This document shows positions 54,204 through 64,000 of a stretch of DNA of 64,000 nucleotides, piece after piece. How positions within the stretch are numbered: position 1 is the first letter of the stretch; each line of letters opens with the position of its first letter. Below the pieces are notes generated by a model. It was not told where the DNA came from, ran no database searches, and saw nothing but the letters and a program-made list of their open reading frames with translations. The stretch comes from Propionibacteriales bacterium (GTDB lineage Bacteria; Actinomycetota; Actinomycetes; Propionibacteriales; Nocardioidaceae): contig JBBSHE010000015.1 of assembly GCA_038253325.1 (NCBI GenBank), forward strand, positions 1,402 to 65,401. Reading direction: 5' to 3'. The position numbers were made by a program, and so were the translations under genes.

Positions 54204-54361
54204 CGAGTCCTCCCCCGGCCCAGCAGGAACCACCGGCAAACCAGCCAGAATGCGGTGAATGCGACCGTCATCGCCAACACACCGATCAGCACGGGCGGCG
54301 GTGGTTTGGGCGGCGCCTCCGGACAGACCGGTCCCTCGATCGTTCCGAGCCAAGCTCGGTC

Positions 54362-56116
54362 CTACAGGTACTGACCGGTGTTGGCGACGGTGTCGATGGA
54401 GCGTCCCGGTTCGGTGCCCTGCTTGCCGGTGATCAGGGTCCGGATGAACACGATCCGTTCGCCCTTCTTCCCGGAGATCCGCGCCCAGTCATCCGGGTTC
54501 GTGGTGTTGGGGAGGTCCTCGTTCTCCTTGAACTCGTCGATACACGCCTGAAGCATGTGCTGGACCCGGATGCCCCGCTGGTTGTTGTCGAGCAGGTCCT
54601 TGATCGCCATCTTCTTTGCGCGGTCGACGATGTTCTGGATCATCGCACCCGAGTTGAAGTCCTTGAAGTACAGGATCTCCTTGTCACCATTGGCGTACGT
54701 CACCTCGAGGAACCGGTTCTCCTCCGACTCGGTGTACATCCGTTCGACCGTGCGCTGGATCATGCCGGCGACGCAGGCGGAGCGGTTTCCGCCGAACTCG
54801 GCCACGTCGTCGTTGTGCAACGGGAGGCCATCGGTGAGGTACTTGGAGAAGATGTCTCGCGCGGACTCGGCGTCGGGCCGCTCGATCTTGATCTTCACGT
54901 CGAGCCGGCCGGGCCGGAGGATGGCGGGGTCGATCATGTCCTCCCGGTTCGAGGCACCGATCACGATGACGTTCTCGAGCCCCTCCACGCCGTCGATCTC
55001 GCTCAGCAGCTGCGGGACGATCGTGTTCTCGACGTCCGACGACACGCCCGAGCCGCGGGTACGGAACAGTGAGTCCATCTCGTCGAAGAACACGATCACT
55101 GGCGTACCCTCGTTGGCCTTCTCGCGAGCTCGCTGGAACACCAGCCGGATGTGTCTCTCGGTCTCACCGACGTACTTGTTGAGCAGCTCCGGACCCTTGA
55201 TGTTGAGAAAGAACGACTTGCCCTCCTCACCGGTCTTGGCGACGACCTGCTTGGCAAGCGAGTTCGCGACAGCCTTGGCGATCAGCGTCTTGCCACATCC
55301 GGGAGGGCCGTAGAGCAGCACGCCCTTCGGCGGTTTCAGCTGGTGCTCCTGAAAGAGCTCGGGGTGCAGGTACGGAAGCTCGATCGCGTCGCGGATCGCG
55401 TCGATCTGACCGCGGAGACCGCCGATGTTGGCGTAGTCGATGTCCGGGACTTCTTCGAGGATGAGCTCCTCCACCTCGGACTTCGGGATCCGCTCGTAGA
55501 TCAGGTTTGCTCGCGCGTCCAGCAGCAGGGAGTCTCCGGCCCGCAGCTTGGTCTCGCGCAGCGGCGCCGCGATCCGCACGACCCGCTCCTCGTCCGCGTT
55601 CGCGATCACCAGGGCTCGGTCGTTGTCGGCGAGGATCTCCTTGAGCATCACGACCTCGCCGACCTGCTCGAACTTGAGCGCGGCAACCACGTTGAGCGCT
55701 TCGTTGAGCATCACCTCCTGACCTCGGCGGAGCTCGGAGGCGTCGACGCTGGGGCTGACATTGACCCGGAGCTTCCGTCCACCGGTGAATACGTCGACGC
55801 TGTTGTCGTCGTTCGTCCCCAGGTAGGTGCCGAACCCCGTCGGCGGCTGCGCCAGTCGGTCCACTTCCTCCTTGAGGGTCATGATCTGGTCACGCGCCTC
55901 GCGCAGCGTCTCAGTGAGCCGCTCGTTGTGTGAGGTCAGAGCGGCCAGCGACGCCTGGGCCTCCGTGAGCCGGTGCTCGAGGAGGCGCGACGATCGAGGC
56001 GAGTCCTCCAGCCGGAGCCGCAGGTCGGAGACCTCGCGCTCGAGGAAACCGACGTGCGCGCGAAGTTCATCGGCGCTCCGCCGCGAGTCGTCGTGAGCCA
56101 CGCTCACCACCTCCAT
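54362..56116 (-). CDS. arc: proteasome-associated AAA ATPase ARC/Mpa
   Basis: 584 aa with an N-terminal coiled coil, Walker A 'GPPGCGKT' and Walker B 'IVFFDEMD'. It ends in the proteasome-docking motif 'GQYL'. Confidence 0.97.
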   Translation of the reverse strand: MEVVSVAHDDSRRSADELRAHVGFLEREVSDLRLRLEDSPRSSRLLEHRLTEAQASLAALTSHNERLTETLREARDQIMTLKEEVDRLAQPPTGFGTYLGTNDDNSVDVFTGGRKLRVNVSPSVDASELRRGQEVMLNEALNVVAALKFEQVGEVVMLKEILADNDRALVIANADEERVVRIAAPLRETKLRAGDSLLLDARANLIYERIPKSEVEELILEEVPDIDYANIGGLRGQIDAIRDAIELPYLHPELFQEHQLKPPKGVLLYGPPGCGKTLIAKAVANSLAKQVVAKTGEEGKSFFLNIKGPELLNKYVGETERHIRLVFQRAREKANEGTPVIVFFDEMDSLFRTRGSGVSSDVENTIVPQLLSEIDGVEGLENVIVIGASNREDMIDPAILRPGRLDVKIKIERPDAESARDIFSKYLTDGLPLHNDDVAEFGGNRSACVAGMIQRTVERMYTESEENRFLEVTYANGDKEILYFKDFNSGAMIQNIVDRAKKMAIKDLLDNNQRGIRVQHMLQACIDEFKENEDLPNTTNPDDWARISGKKGERIVFIRTLITGKQGTEPGRSIDTVANTGQYL

Positions 56117-56204
56117 GTATGCCGTACTTCGACCCTACCTGTCGAGCGTTGGCCTGCGGCTACTGATTACCGAGTGTCGGCATCAGTCCGGGTCCGATCT
56201 GTGA

Positions 56205-57134
<930 letters not shown>

Positions 57135-58280
57135 TCAGGACCGGCGCATCGCCTTGACGACGTCGCGGGACGACAGCACGCCGTAGATCGCACCGTCGGG
57201 CCGGAGCACGACGTACTCCGTCGCCGGGTGGCGCTGCAGGGCCTTGATCAGCTGTTCGCCCTCGGAGTCGACGGAGACCCGCAGGTCGTCGTCGATGTTG
57301 CGAGACATCTCACCACACGTGACCCACGGTCGGCGGTCCTCGGGCGTGGACAGCACGGCATGCTCGCTGACCAGGCCGGTGGGGGAACCGTGCCCGTCGA
57401 CCACGATCAGGGCTCCTGCTTGCGCCAACGCGGCCCGACGAACGCCCTCGGCGATCGGCAGGTCGTACGGCACCGCGATCGCTGGCCGGGCCAGCGTGAC
57501 GGCCCGGATTCCCGGGAGCCGGCGCATCAGGTCGGCAGACCTCAGCGCCTCGGTCGCCCCGGCCCACAAGAACAGTCCGACCAAGACGGCGAACATGAAG
57601 TCGCTGACGCCGACCAGGTGGCCCGTCGCGCGCAGGACCAGCGGGTACGAGAGGGCGGCGACCGCGGCCGCGCGCCCTCCCCAGCCGGCGACCTTGGTAG
57701 CCAGGTCACGGTTGCCCGAAGCTCCCCAGACCGCCGCCATCAGAACCCGGCCGCCGTCGAGTGGCAGACCGGGAACCAGGTTGAGAACGCCGACGATCAG
57801 GTTCGACACGGCGAGCGCGCCGACGGTGAAGCGCAACAGGCCTGGTTCGGCGGCGCGGTATCCGGACCAGGCGAGCAGGCCGACCGCGATCGATGTCAGC
57901 GGGCCGACGATCGCGATCACGAACTCGCGCCGAGGCGAGTTCGAACGGTCCTCGATCGCCGTCGCCCCTCCGAAGAAGTTGAGGTTGATCGAGTGCACAA
58001 CCATCCCGAAACGGCGCGCGGCGAGGGCGTGCGCGAGCTCATGCAGCAGGGTCGAGAGATAGAGGAGAACGGCGAAGGCGGCGCCGGCGACGTACGCGAG
58101 GTTTCCGAGCCCGGGCGACACGTCGTTCATCAACGGCGCGATCAAGAACGCGATGACCGCGGCCACGATGAACCAGCTGCTGGACACGGTGACGTCGATC
58201 CCGGCGACGGAGCCGAGCCGGATGAGCCCCGATGGGCGGTCGCGCCCGCCGCTGCGGGGCCCGACCGAAGGCGACGTCAT
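57135..58280 (-). CDS. M50 site-2 protease family metalloprotease with tandem CBS domains
   Basis: 381 aa with the HExxH 'LLHELAHALAARRF' in a TM segment and a C-terminal CBS pair ('ALIVVDGHGSPTGLVSEHAVL', 'YVVLRPDGAIYGVLSSRDVV'). Confidence 0.9.
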   Translation of the reverse strand: MTSPSVGPRSGGRDRPSGLIRLGSVAGIDVTVSSSWFIVAAVIAFLIAPLMNDVSPGLGNLAYVAGAAFAVLLYLSTLLHELAHALAARRFGMVVHSINLNFFGGATAIEDRSNSPRREFVIAIVGPLTSIAVGLLAWSGYRAAEPGLLRFTVGALAVSNLIVGVLNLVPGLPLDGGRVLMAAVWGASGNRDLATKVAGWGGRAAAVAALSYPLVLRATGHLVGVSDFMFAVLVGLFLWAGATEALRSADLMRRLPGIRAVTLARPAIAVPYDLPIAEGVRRAALAQAGALIVVDGHGSPTGLVSEHAVLSTPEDRRPWVTCGEMSRNIDDDLRVSVDSEGEQLIKALQRHPATEYVVLRPDGAIYGVLSSRDVVKAMRRS

Positions 58281-58421
58281 TGCTCAACCTTAGGGCGACG
58301 TGCTTCCCCACCCGCCGACCTGTCGGCGGCTCACGGGGCTATCACCTCGTACGGCGCCGACAACTCGCCGAGGGGATGGGACGTACGCCGCGATGTCGGA
58401 GGCGTCACCTAGCCTGCAGGT

Positions 58422-59282
58422 ATGGCCATTGACCCGATGATCGAGGAGTCGTTCGACGTGCACCGCCCCTCGGGGCCTTCGTTGTCTCCGAGCCGCGCGT
58501 CGGACTTCATGAGCTGCCCCCTGCTCTACCGGTTCAGGGTCGTCGACCGGCTGCCCGAAAGGCCGGGCATCGACGCCGTTCGCGGCACCGTCGTCCACAA
58601 GGTGCTCGAGAACCTGTTCGACCTTCCCGCAGGTGAGCGCACCAACGACGAGGCGTTCGGGCTGGTCGCGCCGGCCTGGACCGAGCTGACGCAGACCGAC
58701 CCCGAGCTCACCGCCATGTTCGGCGAAGACACCATGGATGTCTCCGCGTTTCTGGACCAGTGCCGGGCGTTGCTGACGAAGTACTTCTCGCTCGAGGACC
58801 CGACCCGCCTCGAGCCGGCCGAGCGAGAGCTGCACGTCGAGACCCTGCTGGAGTCGGGGCTCACCCTGCACGGCTACATCGACCGCGTCGACATCGCGCC
58901 CGACGGTGCGCTCCGCATCGTCGACTACAAGTCCGGTCGGTCCCCCGGCGAGGTCTTCGAGGCGAAGGCGCTGTTCCAAATGAAGTTCTATGCCCTCGTC
59001 GTGTGGCGAACCCGCGGCCTGATGCCGGCGATGCTTCAGCTGATCTACCTCGGTAACGGCGAAGTACTGCGTTACGAGCCGGACGAGCAGTCGCTGCTCG
59101 CGACCGAGCGCAAGGTCCAGGCGTTGTGGACCGCGATCCGCAAGGCAACCGAGACCGGAAACTGGGTTCCGCGCAAGTCGGCCCTGTGCGCCTGGTGCGA
59201 CCACCAGGCGATCTGCCCGGAGTGGGGGGGTACTCCCCCGCCGCTGCCCGAACGCGAGCCGGTGCTGCAACCGGCGACATAG
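58422..59282 (+). CDS. RecB/Cas4-like PD-(D/E)XK exonuclease with Fe-S cluster
   Basis: 286 aa with 'SPSRASDFMSCPLLYRF', the catalytic 'GYIDRVDIAPDGALRIVDYKSG', 'QMKFYALV' and the C-terminal 'CAWCDHQAIC' (Cx2Cx5C). Confidence 0.85.
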   Translation: MAIDPMIEESFDVHRPSGPSLSPSRASDFMSCPLLYRFRVVDRLPERPGIDAVRGTVVHKVLENLFDLPAGERTNDEAFGLVAPAWTELTQTDPELTAMFGEDTMDVSAFLDQCRALLTKYFSLEDPTRLEPAERELHVETLLESGLTLHGYIDRVDIAPDGALRIVDYKSGRSPGEVFEAKALFQMKFYALVVWRTRGLMPAMLQLIYLGNGEVLRYEPDEQSLLATERKVQALWTAIRKATETGNWVPRKSALCAWCDHQAICPEWGGTPPPLPEREPVLQPAT

Positions 59283-59366
59283 CCGCTCGCCGGGTTCGCC
59301 ACCGACTGCCCGACCCTGCCGTCGATCGGCTCGCGCGGCAGGCGTCGGCGCTGTGGGAGGCCAGCC

Positions 59367-60461
59367 CTACGACTCGACGGCTTCGACCAGGTCGGGTCGC
59401 TGCGGGCTGATCGAGCCCGCCATGATCTCTTCGGCGTAGTGGCAGGCCACCTGGTGGCCAGGCGAGATGTCGCGGAGGGCCGGTCGCTCGGTGTCGCATC
59501 GATGGGGTTGCCGGAACGGACACCGGGTGTGGAACCGGCAGCCCGTGGGAGGGTCGGCCGGCGAGGGAATGTCACCCTCGAGCAGGATCCGGCGGCGGTT
59601 GTCCTCGACGACCGGATCGGGCACGGGTACGGCCGACATCAGCGCGATCGTGTACGGATGGCGCGGTGTCTCGTACAGCGCCTCGGCGTCGGCGTACTCG
59701 ACGATGGCGCCGAGGTACATCACCGCGACCTCGTCGGCGATGTGCCGGACCACCGCCAGGTCGTGAGCGATCACCAGATAGGTGAGCCCCAGCCGATCCT
59801 GCAGCTCCTCCAGCAGGTTGAGGACCTGCGCCTGGATCGAGACGTCGAGCGCTGAAACCGGTTCGTCGGCGATGACCAGCTCGGGTTCCAGCGCGACCGC
59901 TCTGGCGATTCCGATCCGCTGGCGCTGGCCGCCGGAGAATTCGTGCGGGTAACGGCCGGCCGCCGATTCGGGAAGCCCGACCAGGTCCAGGAGCTGACTG
60001 ACCCGGTTGTGACGCTCGTACGGGATGTCGTGGGCGCGCAGCGGCTCGGTCAGGATCGTCTCGACACTCTGCCGAGGGTTCAGGCTCGCGAGCGGGTCCT
60101 GAAAGATCATCTGCATCCGGCGGCGCATTCGACGGAGGCTGTCTCCACGGAGCCTGGCGACGTCCGTGCCGTCGAACCAGACCTCGCCGCTCGTCGGTTC
60201 GACGAGCCGGAGGACCGCCCGCCCGAACGTGCTCTTGCCGCAGCCCGACTCGCCGACCAAACCGACCGTGGTCCCGCGCGTCACGGCGAGGTCGACACCG
60301 TCGACGGCCTTGACCGCCCCGACGGTGCGCTCCAAGATGACTCCGCTCTTGATCGGGAAATGCACGGCGAGCCCGCGGACGTCCAAGATCACGTCGCGTT
60401 CGGCGTCGGGCGCGACGGCGAGATCGCTCTGGACGCTATGCTCTGCCGATCGGTCGTTCAT
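59367..60461 (-). CDS. peptide/nickel ABC transporter ATP-binding protein (OppF/DppF-like)
   Basis: The start is set at ATG 60461. It has Walker A 'GESGCGKST', the signature 'FSGGQRQRIGIARA' and Walker B 'LVIADEPVSALD'. It overlaps the upstream gene (ATGA). Confidence 0.93.
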   Translation of the reverse strand: MNDRSAEHSVQSDLAVAPDAERDVILDVRGLAVHFPIKSGVILERTVGAVKAVDGVDLAVTRGTTVGLVGESGCGKSTFGRAVLRLVEPTSGEVWFDGTDVARLRGDSLRRMRRRMQMIFQDPLASLNPRQSVETILTEPLRAHDIPYERHNRVSQLLDLVGLPESAAGRYPHEFSGGQRQRIGIARAVALEPELVIADEPVSALDVSIQAQVLNLLEELQDRLGLTYLVIAHDLAVVRHIADEVAVMYLGAIVEYADAEALYETPRHPYTIALMSAVPVPDPVVEDNRRRILLEGDIPSPADPPTGCRFHTRCPFRQPHRCDTERPALRDISPGHQVACHYAEEIMAGSISPQRPDLVEAVES

Positions 60462-61510
60462 CGGGCCACGGCTTCCCGGTCGGACGCGTCGAGCGGGTTG
60501 TAGCACCGAAGCTCTCGCGAACCGTTGACGACCAAGGCGGGCGGCGACTCCGTACATTCATCGACGCGGTTCGTGCACCGTGGCGCGAACGCGCACCCTT
60601 CGTCCCAGGGCAACAGATCGGTGGGCGACCCAGGAATCGGCTCCAGCGCCTGTCCACGCGGGGTGTCCATCCGGGGGATCGAGTTCAACAGTCCCCCCGT
60701 GTAGGGGTGTCGCGGACGACCGAACAGGTCGCGCCGACGCGCGGACTCCACGATCCGGCCGGAGTACATCACATGGACCGAGTCACACAGGCCGGCGACA
60801 ACTCCGAGGTCGTGCGTGATCATGATCAGCGCCGTGCCGGACTCTGCCACCACCTCCTTCAGGATCTCGAGGATCTGGGCCTGGATCGTCACGTCGAGTG
60901 CGGTCGTCGGCTCATCGGCGATCAGCAGTCGCGGCTCGTTGGCGAGTGCCATCGCGATCAGGACCCGCTGGCGCATCCCGCCGGACAGCTGGTGCGGATA
61001 CTCCTTGATCCGCCGTGGTGCATCCGGAATGCTCACCCGCCGCAACAGCTGCACCGCCCGGTCGACGGCTTCACTTCGCGACACGTCGTGATGACGATGG
61101 ATCACCTCGGTGATCTGCCTGCCCACGGGTACGACGGGGTTGAGCGACGTCATCGGGTCCTGGAACACCATCGCGATGTCTTTGCCGCGGACGTCACGGA
61201 GCCGGTTGTCACTGGCCTGAAGGAGGTCGTCGCCGGCAAACAGGACCCGGCCGTCGACGCGTACGCCGCGCTTCGGCAGCAGACCCATGACCGCGAGCGA
61301 GGTGACGCTCTTCCCACTTCCCGACTCTCCGACCAGGCCGACGTGCTCGCCCCTGCGGACGTCGAACGAGACCTCGTCGACGGCGGTCACAGGCTTTCGC
61401 CCCCGGGCACCGAACACCACCCGAAGGTCGCGGACGGACAACAGCACGTCCTCGTCGGGCATCTCGAGCCCGCGGTCGGCACCGCCCGGCCCTTGCAGCA
61501 GCTCCGTCAT
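60458..61510 (-). CDS. peptide/nickel ABC transporter ATP-binding protein (OppD/DppD-like)
   Basis: The start is set at ATG 61510 ('MTELLQGPGG...'). It has Walker A 'GESGSGKSV', the signature 'LSGGMRQRVLIAMA' and Walker B 'LLIADEPTTALD'. Confidence 0.93.
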   Translation of the reverse strand: MTELLQGPGGADRGLEMPDEDVLLSVRDLRVVFGARGRKPVTAVDEVSFDVRRGEHVGLVGESGSGKSVTSLAVMGLLPKRGVRVDGRVLFAGDDLLQASDNRLRDVRGKDIAMVFQDPMTSLNPVVPVGRQITEVIHRHHDVSRSEAVDRAVQLLRRVSIPDAPRRIKEYPHQLSGGMRQRVLIAMALANEPRLLIADEPTTALDVTIQAQILEILKEVVAESGTALIMITHDLGVVAGLCDSVHVMYSGRIVESARRRDLFGRPRHPYTGGLLNSIPRMDTPRGQALEPIPGSPTDLLPWDEGCAFAPRCTNRVDECTESPPALVVNGSRELRCYNPLDASDREAVAR

Positions 61511-61514
61511 GTCG

Positions 61515-62441
61515 TCATCTGCGCTGCCGGGGGTCGAGAGCCTCGCGAAGTCCTTCACCGAGAAGCGTGAAGCCCAATGCAGACAGGGCGATCGCGAACC
61601 CCGGGTAGAACGCGAGCTGTGGCGACTGGCTGAACCTGTCCTGAGCTGCAACCAGCATCCGCCCCCATTCGGCCACCGCCGGATCCGGGTCTCCGAGGCC
61701 GAGGAACGACAGCGCCGCCACCTCGATGATCGCCGTCGCCAGGTTGAGGGTTGCCTGGACGATCGTCGGGCCGAGCGAGTTCGGCAGGACATGTCCCAGC
61801 ACGATCGTCCGGCGGCGGAGCCCGAGGGACGTCGCCGCGAGCACGTAGTCCGACTTGGACTGCGAGAGCATGGATCCACGCAGCAGCCGGGCGAAGATCG
61901 GCACCTGCGCGGTACCGATCGCGATCATCACGGAGACCTGGTTCTGGCCGAGGATCGCCACAACGCTCACGGCGAGCAACAGGCCGGGGATGGACAGCAT
62001 GATGTCGACGAACCGCATCACGACGGTGTCCGCGGCCCGGCCCAATCCGCCGGCGAGGATACCGAGTGCCAGCCCTGCCACTAGGCCGATCAGGGTGGCG
62101 ACCACGCCGACGATGAGCGACTGACGGGCTCCGTACAGCAGTTGGGTGTAGAGGTCCGATCCGTACCGGTCCAGCCCCAGCAGGTGCCCGGGTGACGGCC
62201 CCGGGACCGTGGTTGGCGTGACCTGGTCGGCCCACTGGGTGCTGGCCGCGCGGTACGGTGCGAGCAACGGCGCGAGCAGCGCGACGGTTACGAACGCGAG
62301 CACGATGACGGCCCCGATGATTGCCGCGGGGTTTCGCCGCAGCCGCCGGAACGCGCCGCGCCACAGACTGTCTCCCTGTTCGGTGTCGGCCGTGCCCGCG
62401 AACGCGGCGATACCGGGGCCGGTGTCGACGGGGATCGTCAT
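61515..62441 (-). CDS. ABC transporter permease (OppC/DppC-like)
   Basis: 308 aa polytopic protein with an EAA-like loop 'SKSDYVLAATSLGLRRRTIVLGHVLPN'. Confidence 0.92.
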   Translation of the reverse strand: MTIPVDTGPGIAAFAGTADTEQGDSLWRGAFRRLRRNPAAIIGAVIVLAFVTVALLAPLLAPYRAASTQWADQVTPTTVPGPSPGHLLGLDRYGSDLYTQLLYGARQSLIVGVVATLIGLVAGLALGILAGGLGRAADTVVMRFVDIMLSIPGLLLAVSVVAILGQNQVSVMIAIGTAQVPIFARLLRGSMLSQSKSDYVLAATSLGLRRRTIVLGHVLPNSLGPTIVQATLNLATAIIEVAALSFLGLGDPDPAVAEWGRMLVAAQDRFSQSPQLAFYPGFAIALSALGFTLLGEGLREALDPRQRR

Positions 62442-63442
62442 GTCACACGCACCCGAGGGTCGATCACGCCGTACGACAGGTCCACCAGCAGATTGATCGT
62501 GGAATAGATCAGCGCGATGAACAAGATGTAGCCCTGCAGGACGGGATAGTCCCGCTGGCTGATGGCCGTGTAGAGGTACGCACCGATTCCGTTGAACGCG
62601 AAGACAGTCTCGGTCAGCACCGCACCGGACAGCAGCAAACCTGTCTGCAGACCGATCGTGGTCACCACCGGCAGCAACGCGTTACGCATGATGTGGCGGC
62701 GACGGATCGTGCTCGGCTTCAGACCCTTCGAGTCAGCCGTGCGCACGTAGTCCTCCCCGAGCACCTCGGAGACCGACGCGCGGGTGATCCGGACGATGAT
62801 GGCTAGCGGGATGGTGCCCAGGGCGATCCCGGGAAGGATCAGGTGCACGATGGCATCCCACGACGAGTTCCACTCCCGGGTGAGGATGCCGTCGAGGACG
62901 TAGAAGTTCGTGATGTGCGTCGCGTTGATCCGCGGATCCTGGCGTTGGGATGTCGGCAGCCAGTGCAGCCACTCGGCGAAGACGAGCTTCAGCAGGATGC
63001 CGAGGAAGAAGACCGGAGTGACGACCCCCAGCAGGGAGCCGGACACCACCAGGCTGTCGACCGGGCCGCCCTGGCGTCGGGCCGCCAGGTACCCGAGGGG
63101 AACACCGAGGCAGATCGCGAACAGCAGGGCGGCGACCGCCAGCTCCACTGTGCCGGGGAACTGTTCGACGAAGGACCCGAACACGGGGCGCCCATCGCGG
63201 ATCGAGCTGCCGAAGTCGAGGTGGATGAGCCGGCCGATGTACGTGGCGTACTGCTGCGGGATCGACTTGTCGAAGCCGTAGAGCTGGTTGATCTGCGCGA
63301 TGCCCGCCGGCGTCGCCCGCTCTCCGAGCAGCGCCCGCGCTGGGCTTCCGGGCAACGCGCGGACCCACGCGAACAGCAGGACCGACAACCCGACCAGCAC
63401 CGGAACCATCAGGGCCAGCCGCCGGAGGGCAAAGCGCAGCAT
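62438..63442 (-). CDS. ABC transporter permease (OppB/DppB-like)
   Basis: 334 aa starting 'MLRFALRRLALMVPVLVGLSVLLF', with the EAA loop 'EDYVRTADSKGLKPSTIRRRHIMRNALLP'. Confidence 0.92.
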   Translation of the reverse strand: MLRFALRRLALMVPVLVGLSVLLFAWVRALPGSPARALLGERATPAGIAQINQLYGFDKSIPQQYATYIGRLIHLDFGSSIRDGRPVFGSFVEQFPGTVELAVAALLFAICLGVPLGYLAARRQGGPVDSLVVSGSLLGVVTPVFFLGILLKLVFAEWLHWLPTSQRQDPRINATHITNFYVLDGILTREWNSSWDAIVHLILPGIALGTIPLAIIVRITRASVSEVLGEDYVRTADSKGLKPSTIRRRHIMRNALLPVVTTIGLQTGLLLSGAVLTETVFAFNGIGAYLYTAISQRDYPVLQGYILFIALIYSTINLLVDLSYGVIDPRVRVT

Positions 63443-63480
63443 TGTTCGATTCTGTCAGCAGGATCGGGTGGCCGCCGGAC

Positions 63481-64000
63481 TTACTGCAGCGTGATCGTGT
63501 TCCACGGCTCGTCCTGCACCGGGCTCGCCACGAAGCCCTTGACGTTCGGGGCGAACGCGAGCGACGGGACCGGGCTTGCGATCGGGATCCCAGGCAGGAA
63601 CTTCATCACCTCTTGGTTGATGCGCTCATAGACCGGCGTCTGTTGCTCCACGGTGGGCAGCTGGCGGGCAGCCGCGAGGTCCTTGAACAGCTTGGGGTTG
63701 TTGAATCCCCACTCCGACGACGCGCGTCCGAAGAACACGCCCAGGAAGTTGTCCGGATCGTTGTAGTCGCCGGTCCAGCCGAGCAGATGGATACCGTGGT
63801 TCTTGGTGCCCTGGACCTTGTCGAGGTAGTCCGGGCTCCAGGTGTCGGCCACCGGCTTGATCTTGATCCCGACCTTCTCCAGCTGCGACCGGATCGCGTT
63901 GAAGGTGTCTCCCGGTGAGGGCATGTACGGCCGGCTGACGTCGGTCGGGTAGTTGAACTCGAGCGTCAGGTTCGTCGCGCCGGCGGCCTTCAGCAGGTCC
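63481..64000 (-). CDS. ABC transporter family-5 substrate-binding protein (C-terminal part; the gene continues beyond the window)
   Basis: The frame stays open to position 64000 ('...DLLKAAGATNLTLEFNYPTDVSRPYMPSPGDTFNAIRSQLEKVGIKIKPV...'). It is the first gene of the permease/ATPase operon. Confidence 0.85.
   Translation of the reverse strand, partial: DLLKAAGATNLTLEFNYPTDVSRPYMPSPGDTFNAIRSQLEKVGIKIKPVADTWSPDYLDKVQGTKNHGIHLLGWTGDYNDPDNFLGVFFGRASSEWGFNNPKLFKDLAAARQLPTVEQQTPVYERINQEVMKFLPGIPIASPVPSLAFAPNVKGFVASPVQDEPWNTITLQ

Overview
This is a high-GC (about 70%) actinobacterial chromosomal segment with dense coding and many 1-8 nt start/stop overlaps. I recognised no rRNA, tRNA, CRISPR array or transposase.

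The backbone matches, from memory, the Mycobacterium tuberculosis Rv2050-Rv2121 region. It carries rbpA, ppm1-lnt, a 5'-3' exonuclease, helY, tatA-tatC and pafA-pafB-pafC. It also carries the complete Pup-proteasome set (arc/mpa, dop, pup, prcB, prcA), then trmI, an M50 site-2 protease and a RecB/Cas4-like nuclease. Also present are glmS, a five-gene peptide-type ABC importer (the binding-protein gene is cut by the window end) and a 1405-aa secreted S53 peptidase with Kelch repeats.

Accessory or unusual content:
- A decayed mini-island (1.9-4.1 kb) with an intact vapBC cassette wedged between gene fragments.
- An operon encoding an ATP-grasp protein plus two esterases.
- An XRE-HTH::MurA fusion gene preceded by a perfect 9-4-9 palindrome.
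- A lysine 2,3-/5,6-aminomutase (kamA, kdd, kamDE, kal-like) cluster that carries an amidohydrolase and lacks kce.
- An orphan module near helY: a palindrome, a 99-aa ORF, an apparently catalytically degenerate Fe-S Cas4-like protein and a thioredoxin-like protein.
- An HTH plus helical-repeat protein inside the tat-helY gene string.
- An AraC/VOC insertion between pafA and prcBA.
- A PrcA with a long C-terminal tail containing a 27-bp x4 repeat, followed by a translationally coupled 40-codon ORF.

All calls rest on reading the translations and DNA by eye. No database search was run.
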